64,000 bases of DNA from Mantamonas sphyraenae STR306 (lineage: Eukaryota > Protista > CRuMs). Shown here in pieces: positions 39,901-51,900 of the stretch; the stretch's first letter is position 1, and each line of letters starts with the position of its first letter. The DNA lies in the NCBI GenBank assembly GCA_026936335.1, contig JAPMXV010000033.1, forward strand, positions 186,001 through 250,000, written 5' to 3'. The translations under genes and the position numbers were made by a program. The notes beneath the pieces are model-generated. The model saw only the letters and a program-made list of their open reading frames with translations. It was not told where the DNA came from and made no database searches.

Positions 39901-42900
39901 ATGCCAAAGGAAAAGGCAGAGGCCGAGGCTTGGGAAACGTACGGACGTGTGGTGGACGGTGTTTTCCAGCGTACAGGAGACGTCGTGTCGCAACAGGAGC
40001 TGGTTGCAAGTGTGCTGGGGGTGCCTCAAGCCGAGGTCCAGGATCAGTGGAATGTGCTGATGAGCTGCATGGACGTGTTGGCGACGGGGTACCGCGTGCA
40101 CTGTTTCTTCCGCGTGCGGTTCCTGCGCTGTCGGGACACACGTGTGCGTGCACGCATGGAGCGCGAGTGTGGCACAAACAGGACGCGTGCGTCGAGCGGC
40201 GTTGTCCAGAGCATGATCGAGCGATTTGGAGACGAGCTGGACACGGCGATCGAGGCAAGCAAGATGGACGTGCGCCTCGTAGATGTGCACGCACTGCGTG
40301 CGGAAGACATGCGTGCACTTGGGGAGTGGGAGCATGGGGACGAAGCGAGCGTGCTGTGTGCAACCCTGAGTGTGCTGCAGAGCAGCTGGGAAGGACAGCG
40401 CGTGCGCTTGACACGAGAGGACCTGAGCGGAGGTGGATGTGTGCGCGTGTTGCGCATGGTGCGTGCGTTTGACGTACACCATGTGACACCTGCCATTGTG
40501 GCGGAAATGTGGTGCAGCATGCGGCATGGGTTGACGCTTGCGGGCGAGGCAACACAATGCTGTGCGGCGTTTCTGAGCCTTTTGGGCCATGTGGTGGAAC
40601 TGGTGCGAGTGGCCATGGTGCGTGGTGCGCTAGGGTCCTTTTCGCGGGACCGGGAGCAGGAAATCCAGACGAGCTGGCCCGGCCTGGTGGAGTTTGGGAC
40701 ATGGGTGGAACAGCTGTTGGACGGCCCCAGCCACGACCGTGAGGGTGTACTTGCGGAGCGCTCAAATGCGCCGGTACAATGGACGATGGACGTGCAGCTG
40801 CATGGGAGCCAATGGCTGCGACATTTGCTCGGGGACGAACGGAAGAGCGTGAGCGCGCCCATTCTGGAGCAAGCGGTCGAACAAGGACGAGAACTGGACA
40901 CAGGCTTTGCGCACAATGCGTTGGAGGCGGTGACGCTCTTTAGCGAAAGTCGCAAAATGTATGCGACGGTGTTGGCCCACCTGAGAGGCCAGGATCGTCG
41001 TCCTCTGCAGCGTGTGCAGCGCATGCAGACAAAACAGGGTGTGCACCGGGGTCCAATGAGTGCACGCACACGCGAGCGAGAAGCGTGGTTTGCTGCACGT
41101 GCAAAGCTTGTGCGCAAGTGCACACCCGGCATCATGCAAGATGTGGCGGATCTGAAGATGCAGGTGTCAACAACCGGCGAACGCGGCACGCTCACATCGA
41201 CCAAGACTCTGGACGGGTTTTGGCCCCGATACGGTGAGCTGTTGAATGGCCTGCAAGAGTCTGTGTACCCGCGTGAGCAGTTTGAGGCGCTGTACGCAGG
41301 TGTGGCGAGCGGGAATGGCGTATTCGCTCTGGTGATGGAGGAACTTTGCCTTCTTGCTGGTTTTCAGGGCCGCATGAGTGCCTTGGACGACACGACGTTG
41401 TGTACGTTGCTTCTGGCTGTTGCTCAGGTGCGCCCACAGCATCTGCGCGTGCAAACTGTCGCACGCGTGGCCAAGGTGGCAAGCATGGCGTGGATGCACC
41501 CCGAGAAGCTGTGGAATGTGTCTCCGCTGCTTGCAGACATGCAACAGTACGTGGATGTCGTTCTTGTACAGAGGCTATCCCGCTCACCGTTGTGGCACGG
41601 AGCACCCGTGCTGACGCGCGAGGTGTTGGGCCACGAACGGGCGAGCTTGCGCGAGCGGATGCAGCGTCCTGATGGACGGTACTTTGATGGACGGTACTTT
41701 TCATATACCTTCAACGATGCGGGAGGTGAGGCGCGCGTGGACCAGATCCTGCGCCAGGTTCTGGAGACCGGAGACGTGTGGCGCGAGTCTGGTCTGGCAA
41801 ACGTGGGTCGACAGGTGCAAAAGGAGGGACAAGACCAAGACCAGAACGACTACAACACGAAAGACCTTGCACTTTGGTGGACACACCTCGACCCACACCG
41901 GAAGGCATCGGTGACGGATGCGTACGCCAACTCCAGGGCAAGAGAAAGGCAGGAAGCGCAGAGATTGAGCCCATCCCCGAAACAAGTGCAATTGGAGCTG
42001 GTGATGAAAGCCAAGTTTGGCGATGCGCCTGTAAGCGTGCAAATTCCCCTGGGTACGCCGCATGCAAGTGCCAAGGATTTGGACCAGGTGTTGGGCAAGC
42101 ATGGGGCTCGTGGTACCCTGCATCTGGGCGCAGGGGACATCGCATATGCTGTGGACATGCTTTGGGTGAACACGACAGTTGCAGCAGAGTGTAAACCGGT
42201 GGTGGAGGCGCATCTGCGGGAGCTGCTGTCGTTGCAAGAGCTTGTGTTCAACACGCCGCATTCGACTGTTGTTGCGCTGCAAGAGCGCTCAGCATGGAAA
42301 CCAAGCACGGCAGCGAAAGATCGAGTGTGGCAGCACATGACGCGTCGTAGTGTCGCGCTTAGCAAGGCTGTGTGCGAATGGCCTGACATTCGGCAGCTGA
42401 CGCACGTGCGTGCCGATTGGGTTCTGCAGGCCGTGGCGTTGCAGTTTGGCTGGTCCGCAGAGGCCCTCGGGGCAGCGCTGAACCGGGTGGACAACCATGT
42501 GGACGCAGAACGCCTGGCTGGCCTGTACCACTCGCGCTCTCGCAAGATGCTGGAAGGTGTGGCACGAGGAGATAGCCAGGCGATGGAAACGTTGCGAGAT
42601 ATGGAAAGGGGGATGCGGGAGAGCCGTGGGGATTGGTCACACGTGGATCTGCCCGCAGAGGTATTGCTGAGTGTGGTGGACACGCTTGTGGTGGGACGTG
42701 CCCTGGCAGACATGTGGGAAGGAGGATTGGCAAGCGTATGTGTGCCACTGGGTTTAGACGGCGTAGGCGAAGACGAGGAAGAGGAGGCAGCGGTCCCGGG
42801 AGATGTGGTGCAGTGGCTGCAACGAGGCGACAGCTCGCAGTTGGAAACACATGTGACGGCGATGGCGAGTGATGTGGAGGGAGCATGCGAGGCGGCTGAG

Positions 42901-45900
42901 GAGCTGCTGGAGGAGCTGGGGATGGAGGCGGAGTTGGACTCTGCGTGGGCGGTTTTGGCGGTAGGGCTGGAGATGGAAGCCGGCCTGGGCCAGATGATGG
43001 CACGGCAATCAGACACGTGGTCGGATGAGGGTACCAAGGGGTTAAAAGAGGCGAGTGAGGCACTTTACCGCCTGTGGCGACAAGGGTCAAAGGCGTGGGT
43101 GGGCGAACTGGAGAAGTTGGTGGATGGGCGACAGGGCGGCAACGGCGCGGTTGTGGCGCTGCCCACGGTGGAAGTGAAGGAGGAGGTGCCGTTGGACTTG
43201 GGGTACGGCGATTCGAATGAGCGCATGCGCGGTGGAGATAGCGAGGAGGGTGAAGGTGAACCGAGCGAGTCGGTGCTGTTGCGGATGCACAAAGTGCAGG
43301 AGGAGCTGAGCCGAGTGGTGAAAGAGATGTTTGGAGTGAATGCGATGCGGCGCGTGGCTGCGTTGCAAATCGGCAAGCATGCGGCATGGGAGCGGATGGG
43401 AGAGTTGCTGGATCGGGTGCGCTGTGTGGCGGAGATTGTTGCACGGCGAAGCAGCATGTGCGAGCGTGTGTTTAGAGTGTCACAAGGTCTTGTGGCGGCA
43501 AAGGAGGCGCTGGTTCGAGTACCATGCCAGGCAGATGAGGCCACGAGTCGTTTGGAGGGTGCACTTCAGGAGGCGTGTATGGCCGTGGGTGAAGCGATGA
43601 ACGTGCACAGCGGGACGGGTCTGTACGAGGCGTACAGTGTAACGCACGTGTTGCTTGTATGGCTGCGCGACGTGCGTGCAGATATTCGAATGGTGGTGAA
43701 AGGGCGGTCGTACGGACGAGGCGGTGGTCTGCGGACGCTGACGCGCATGGAATGTGCACGGCGCGTTGCAGAGACACTGCGACAGATGGGACAATGGGAT
43801 GTGTTGGGGCTGGGAGTGCTGGACATGGCGGAGTTGGACGACGGGGTGGAGCGAGATGGTTCAATTGTGGAGGACGTTGAAGAGCTGCAGTGTTTGCACG
43901 AACACGTGATGTCGGTGTTGCATGCGCTGGAGCGCTCGCCCGTGCAGGTGGGGGCGGACCTAAAAACGGGTCGCGTGCGTGCGTTGGAGATGCGGATTGC
44001 ACAGTGCATGCACGTGGGCGTGGTGGGGCGGCTCATGTCCATTCTGGAACGGGGCCTTGGTGAGGGCAGTGGCGGTAGGAAAGGCAGAGAGTGGAAAGAA
44101 TTGCACAGCAGGGTGGACAAAGAGGTGCGGAAACTGCGGCTGGTGGAAGAGGCGCTGGCAACGACGCTGTTTGACCAGCTGCGCACGATGGACAGCAACC
44201 TGGGCTTTGTAAACGAGTTTCTGACGCAGCTGAACAACGGTTCGTCGCTGGAACTGCTGGCGTGGGAGAACTTTGCGCGTGAAGAGGTGCGGAACGTGGT
44301 GTTGTGTGTGTGCAAGAGCGAAGATCTGCAGTGGGTAGCGCGCACGATGGAAGACGTGGGAGCGCTGGAGGAAGAGACGGTGGCCAGGATGATGGCGAAG
44401 GTGGAGGAGGTGTGCAATGAGTCGGACACCGGTGTCGTTGTGGAAGAGGCGCGTGTGACATGGGGTGAAGCAGAACGAAGTCTGCTTGCGGAGTCTGCAC
44501 GCAACATTGGCGAGGAGCAGACGAAGTACGTGGCAGCGAGACTGGCTCCCCTTCGTGAGGAGTTGGAGAAGCTGGATGATGTGGAGATGCGCAAGCAGTA
44601 CCTTGTGGGTGGCTTGTCGAGTGTGTTGGGACTGGGTTTGATGGTGCTGAAGATCCGGCTGCGATTCCAGGGGTGGATGAGGGACAGTCTGATTTCATCG
44701 GAGCTGCGTATGACGCGGGAGGACATCCAGCACCTGTTGCACGTGCGCGTGTCTGAAGGCACGATCCAAGTGGAACATGTGTTGGATGCAATGGGCCGTT
44801 CGTCGCCGGAGGAGTATCGCGCGGACAAGAGCTGCATGGTAAAGGTGATGAACATTGTGCAGGGAACACTTGGGAGCAAGGCAGGCAGTGGACGCCAGCT
44901 GTTTGAAAGCGAGGGACCGGCGCTGCAGGACCGACTGGCGCAAGTGGGTGTTGCGGACGTTAGCCTGGACGGTATGGCAGAGTGCGGCGAAACGCGCCTG
45001 GATCAGGAATTGACGGCGACGAAAATCTTTGCTGTGAGCGAGCGTGCGAGCTTGCTGTGGCAGTGGATCAAGACACTGATGGAACTGCGCTTCATGAGGG
45101 CGATGCAGGATCTGGCGAGCGGCCTGCACAGCGGCGGGCCAAAGTCGAAGAAAGCAGGTGCGAAGCGAGAGTCGAACTACGGCAGCAACTACAAGGGCCA
45201 AGCGACGATGGTGGGGTCTTTGGAAGAGGTGGACGAGTCGCTTGTGGACAGTTTGTACAACAGCGCGTCTGTGATGGCGCAGGAACGAGATCAAGTGGTG
45301 GATGAAAAGGACACCGAGTTGTTCGAGGGATTTGGAACAGGCGACGAGGACGCGTCGATTGCGTCTTTGTATGGGTCGGCGGCGTTGGGGGTCGGGATGG
45401 TTGTTGGCGAGGATGACACAGAGGCGAGTGGTGGGTTGTATGGTGCAGTCAATGTGGTTGACACCGGCGCTGGTGTTGGTGGTGGAGGGTTGTACGGTGC
45501 TGGGGCAGGTGCGTCTGTGTCGGGGTATGGTGTTGGCGCGCAGCAGGGAGGGGGTGTCGGTGGAGGTGTCGGTGGATCCGGGTATGGCGCTGGTTCTGGT
45601 GTGCAGCAGCTGGGTGGCGATGCAGGAGGTGTCGGTGGATCCGGGTATGGCGCTGGTGTTGGTGTGCAACAGCTGGGTGGTGATGCAGGAGGTGTCGGTG
45701 GATCCGGGTATGGTGCTGGTGTTGGTGTGCAGCAGCTGGGTGGCGATGTTGGTGGATCCGGGTATGGCGCTGGTGTTGGTGTGCAGCAGCTGGGTGGCGA
45801 TGTTGGTGGATCCGGGTATGGCGCTGGTGTTGGCGTACAGCAGCTGGGTGGCGATGTTGGTGGATCCGGGTATGGCGCTGGTGTTGGTGTGCAGCAGCTG

Positions 45901-48900
45901 GGTGGCGATGTTGGTGGATCCGGGTATGGCGCTGGTGTTGGTGTGCAGCAGCTGGGTGGCGATGTTGGTGGATCCGGGTATGGCGCTGGTGTTGGCGTAC
46001 AGCAGCTGGGTGGCGATGTTGGTGGATCCGGGTATGGCGCTGGTGTTGGTGTGCAGCAGCTGGGTGGCGATGTTGGTGGATCCGGGTATGGCGCTGGTGT
46101 TGGCGTACAGCAGCTGGGTGGCGATCTAGGTGGTGTTGGTGGATCCGGGTATGGCGCTGGTGTTGGTGTGCAGCAGCTGGGTGGCGATGTTGGTGGATCC
46201 GGGTATGGCGCTGGTGTTGGTGTACCGCAGCTGGGTGACATCTCTGCGGTCGGCGGCTCTGCATATGGCACGGCGGGAACAGTCGAGCAACTTGGAGACA
46301 TCGAACAAACCGTGTCGCTGCCGGGTGAGACCAGCACCATCGGAGGAGCTGCGTACGGGAACCCTGTTGCCCTGGACGATCTAGAAGGGCTCACCAGCAC
46401 CGTTGATGGAGAGGACGATGAGGAAGACGAGTATGGCGACGAGGACGACGAGGAAGACGAAGAAGATATGGAGCGCAAGCGCAAGAATGCGATCAAGCTG
46501 GTCAACAATACGCATTCACAGGTCAACAAGAGGGGAAACTCTCGCCTGCGGAGCGTCTTTCAACGTGGCGTGAATGCCGCACGCATGCTGGGCCAGAAGA
46601 ATAGCACCAAGATGCAGCTGTCGGACGTCGTTCTTGAGGCCAAGCGCCTCGAGGAGAGCGTCAACATCGAAGAGGTGCTCAAAATGGACGCAAAGGGCAA
46701 GACGTCGATGGGAGTGCTGGAGACCAGCGAGAAGCTGAGTTTGTCCACACCGCTGAGTGAGCCGTACAGCGAAAATGTGTGGCTTCTGTTTGCAGAGTTT
46801 GACCGCAACGTTGCCATGGAGGAAGGGGCGCGTCACTTTGGCTTCTCCGGCTCCGCCGTTGGCATGAACAGCCACGATGCCATCTCGGCCATGCTTACCG
46901 CCGATCGCGAGGTGTGGAACAACAGCAAGTTGTTTGGAGAGGCAGTCGTGCGTTCGTGGGACGCAGAGCGCACGGAGGAGCAACAGCAGGCTGCCATTGA
47001 AGACATTGCATCTAAACAAGAGCCGGTGGGTGCGTTTGGCTCAGCCGGCATTGTCCAAGATGTGCGTGACTGGAACGAAGAGTTTCAGCAACTGCTCGAA
47101 TCGCCCACGCTGTCGCCAGAGTCGATCGACGAGCGCTCCAAGGCGATCGCACGCCTGTCGCGTGAATTTGTGGAAGCCATTGCGGAAGGCGTCAAGACGG
47201 TCATCCACGAGATCCACCTGCCAGCATCGCTAAAGTCGATCAAACCCGTCGCAGGCAAGGGCGTAGCTGGAGGCGAGAAGTACATCTACAAGGGTGCGTT
47301 CCTCAAGTTTGCATTTGACGACAAAAATGTGTATGGCAAGAACAGGTATGCGATGAAGGCGGCAGGTCACGAGCTGAAGGGTCTGAACGCGTACATCTCG
47401 TGCGGCGTGGACCATCTACACTTTCCCCTCATGGCTCTGTTGGACTACGGCGGCTACCGCATGATTGCGACGTCGCTGCTGCCCATTGGTGGAAACAACA
47501 ACGAAACTCTTATCTACGGCTCCGACGACGCGGGCGACACTGTGCACACGGACGACGAACGCTTGAATGAGATGATGGAGGCAGCCGCAGCCAAGATTGG
47601 ACTCAAAGCACACACAGTGCAACAGATGAGCCTTCCCATGCAGCCCAAAGTCCTTTGTGGGCCGGTCGACGTCGAGGGACACAGAGGCACGGACGGCCGA
47701 TACTACATCCTGGACACAGCTCGCGTGTTCCCGCCACAGGTGCCTGCAACCAATGCCATGGGAGAGGTGGAAATCGACTGCTACTATTTGATTCGCCTGT
47801 TCCGGCGCGAGTTCCTTGCGCGGTACGATGAGCCGCTGTCGTCGGATGCGCTGAGCCGATTCGTGCCAGACGATACCGAGGCAGAGGCAAACAACATGGG
47901 TGTGTTTCATGCCACGTCGGTGCTGTTAAAGCGGTTTGTGCCTACGCTGGCGCAGCACCTGGACTCTGAGTGGACCAACGGGGAGCTCAAGTTGGAGAGC
48001 GCGGACCAGCTGCGCGAGCTGGTAGAAGTGACCCACCGTATGGGCGTCAACGTGAGGTGGCTGGGTGCGGTGCGTGACCGAACAGAGAACTCCGAGTTGC
48101 GCAAGGCTCTGCTCGTGGAGATGATTGCGCGAACGGCACGAAAGATTCTGGGTCACAAGCTGCGCGGGGCAGCGGGTTCTGTGGTGTATCGGCGCAACGA
48201 ATACGAGAGAATTGCATGCACACTGCTGAACGACATGTTTGGCGTGGGTACGCGGACTCGAGAGATGATGTTGCGCGTGGAAAAGATGGTGATGGAAAAG
48301 TACCCGCGTGCGCTGAGGGACGAAGAGCGAAACATGGGAGGGCATGGTATCAAGACACTGCTTGGGGTGCGAGAACACGATGTTCTGCTAGAGCGCATCG
48401 AGCAGTTGACCGGTATCGAGGTGGAATGCGCGCGGCCTGCGTTTGTGAAGCTGGACGAGAGCGTGCTTGTGGCGCTGGACGAGCGCAGAGGCTTTAGCGG
48501 CCTGGAAGAAGCGAGCAGTAGCTTGGGCGTGTCTGTGAGCAGCGCGTTGAGCAGTGCGTCAAGCAGTGTAGGAGGCGACGGCGATGGGCCGTTGTCGGAC
48601 GTGGCCCTTGGGGTGCATGTGGTGACGTTTGACCACGTGCACTACGTAGGCATGGTGGTGAAGCACGTAGACGCGCAGCCGTTTAGCAAGGACATGGTGC
48701 ACAGCAACAAGCACGACGACATTGTGTCGTTTTACAAGAAGCAGCTGGAGCTGTACGAAGAGTGGTACGGCAGCCAATCGTTGACTCTGTGCAAGCCGCT
48801 GCGCAACCTGGCCATGGTTTACGCCGAGTTTGGCAAGTACAAGGACACGCTGCGCACGCTGAGCCAGCTGTTCAGCTTGGTGGACGACACAGTTGTCCCT

Positions 48901-51900
48901 GACCAGGGCCAGTCGGCAGAGAGCAAGTTGGACGTGACATGGGAAAAGATCGAAGCGTATCTCCTTCACGGACGCATTCTGCTCAAGTTTGGCGAGTACG
49001 AACAGGTAAAGTCGCTGGTGAAGCACGCCAAGAAGCGTGCGCCGCCTGAGCTGAGACTGGAAGCGTATGTGGCCGAGAAAAAGGAGACTGAAGAGCAGCG
49101 AAGAAGCCGCAAGAACAAGGGCATCCGAGCGAAAATCAGAACAGAATATGTGACGCCGGGGCCGGCGATTCTGCGCTGGTTCAAGACGCTGCTGGGGCTG
49201 CGGCAGCTGGAAGATGCAGTGACCTTTCAAACCTCAGGAGGGATTGTGGATCTGCAGCGTGGAAGCATGCAGCGTGAAAACCATTTGTCGCGGATGAGCA
49301 CGCTTATTGAGCCCATGGAAAAGGGGTTTGTGATGAACGTGCCGACGGCGAAGCGGGGAGCCGGCGAACAGGTGCGAAGGAGGCAGAGGAGGCGACGAAA
49401 GCTCAAGTACAGGGTGAAGATGCGCGAAGAGGAGTGGAGTCTGTGCATGCTGATTGAGAACCGAGTGCACCGGCTGGAAGACCCGCGAGCAGATTTGGAG
49501 CTGTTGCAGGAGATGGTTGGGCAGAAGCACAGCAGTGTGGGCAAGTACATGCTGCAGATGGCTGACATGTGGCTACACGGAGTGCTGGCGGATAGGAGCG
49601 TGTCGTCTGTGGACATGGCAGAGAATCTGGTGAAACATAGCGTGGACATCCTTGCAAACTCGTTGGGCTTCCTGACGCAACAGGTGGGCATGGCGCGATT
49701 AACGCTGGCCGCGGTGTACCTGCGACGTATGAAGTACAACGAGTGTCTGAAGCAGACGGAAATGGCGGTCAAGGTGCTGGAGTACGCATTGGGCGAACTG
49801 AACGAGAAAACGCTGGAGGCGCGAACGCGACTGGTCAAGGTACTCGAGACCATGCAGCTCAAGGGGATGGTGGATGGAAAGCGTGTGCGAGAGGAGGAGG
49901 TGCTACTGAACCTGTTGAAGCAGCAAGCAAACCGTGTGCCCAGAGCTGTGGAAGGTGTGGACCGTGCTCGCACGGAGGGTGTGCGTGTGGATCTGCGCGG
50001 GCTGGTAAAGAGTGACGTGTTTGGAATGGCCACGTGGGACATGGACGCAGTGCGGGGTGAGAAGGAGCGGACGTACAAGGCGACAGGCTTGGGAACAGTT
50101 TACTCGATGGAGGTGATCGTGAAAGTGGACGGAGAAACACGGACGGTATCGATGCCCGTTGCAATTGTGGAGCTGGTGGAGGGGGTGGGCAATTCGGAGG
50201 GGGTGATGAACGGAGTGCGGTACTTTGAGACGCTGCCTGGCCATGGTGCCTTTGTGGTGCCTGCATTCATGCAAATGCCGCGTATGCTGTGGAAGGAGGA
50301 GCGCACGAACGAGCTGCAGGTTGTAGTGGACGACCGTGTGATTCCGTGTGCATATGTGACGATGAAGCAGTCGGCGACGCTGAAGGAAGTGCGCGAGGAG
50401 CTGGAGACGCAACGGCATCTTGCAAACGGGTCGGTGCTTGGTCTGCCAGAGACGTTCCAATTTGTGTACCCGAACGCGATGCAAGCGTTTGGTGGAGTGC
50501 AGGCGCCAACGCTGACGGAGGAGTTTGTGCGTGTGGAACAGCTTGCATGGGAAAAGCGAGGGCGGCCAATGGGCCTGTTTCTGCACGTACGCAGCCAGTG
50601 CGACGAGGTGTCTGTGAAACTGGTCAAGGCGGAGCAAGCGCGGGGTGCGCAGTTGCTTGAGGCAGCGAGCAAGAGCCGCGAGGCGGGAAGCAGTAGCAGT
50701 AGCAGCAGCGAGTGGGGAGTAGAGGAGGACAGCACGATGGGATCGGAGGAGTGCATGGTGGAGATCCGGTGTGGCACAGAAACAATGCTCCGTGTGGATG
50801 TGGGTGGCGTGGAGACGTTGCTGGACGAGGTGCGTGAGCTTTGCGGAGACGGAGCGAGAGAGTTGCACTTTGTGTATGCTCGTGGACGTCGCAGGGGCCA
50901 GCGGGTGCCGCGGGAGAAGGAAGGCGGGACAAAGGTGGAGATGTGCATGCCCATGTCGACTTGCAAGGCTGAACGAGAGGAGAGGGGATACACGCATGAT
51001 CACCAGTCGGGGCGACGAGGGGCACCTGCGTCGAGTGTGAGGCGTTGGTGGGGTGCACAGGTGCGACGCAGGCACCACAAGCATTGCCATGAACTGGGAA
51101 AGGCGAGGGAGGATGTGAGTGTACGCAGCAACGTGTTGGCACTGGAGTGTGCCTTGATGCTGGTGTTGACAGAACGCGAGCTGGGCGAAGGAGTGGATGA
51201 TGAGGACGAGGTGGAAGCTGGTGAGGAGATGGTGACATGGCTGCCAGGCGCTCTGGAAGAGGCGTGTTCCACACGTGACATCCAAGAGGTGCGCCGTGTG
51301 GTGGCGGAGATGGGCACAGACGAGCTCGTGTGGCAGGACTGGAAGGGACAGACGATTCTGCATTGGTGTGCACGCGAGGTGGCAAACGAGGCGTGCAGCG
51401 AAGTGATGAAGCGAGCGCGACAATGCATGACCAAGAAGCAGCTGGAGATGTGGTGCGGATTGAAGGACAACAACGGCGTCCTGGCGCTGGACTTGGCGTT
51501 GGCGCATGAATCCATGGGTGTTGTGAAGGAGCTGTGCAGGCACGGTGCACTTGAAAGTACAGAGCTTCTGGGCTTCCGGGTGGGTCGTCTACTGGATCGC
51601 GGGGAGATAGAGCTGAGTGCGGTGAACGCTGTGTACTGCAAGCAGATGGACCACCTGGACGCGTTGAGCGAACGCTTGGACGTGTGGCAAGAGCAATCTG
51701 TGTTTGGCACAGTGATGCACATGGTGTGTGCAGTGGTGAAAGAGAGCGAGACAGTGACGGAGCTTCTGGAGCGTGGAGGACATGTGCAGCTGGCGTCTGT
51801 GAACGGCTTTGGGCAGAACTGTCTTCACGTGGCCATGACTTGTGGCAACGTGGGTGCGACGCGTGCAATCCATGACTGGTACATGCCGAAACAAGAGGCT

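Noticed and set aside
45571-46240. Regularly spaced repeats as a CRISPR-like array or silk gene
   Set aside because: No unique spacers; it is an in-frame coding minisatellite inside a non-secreted protein.
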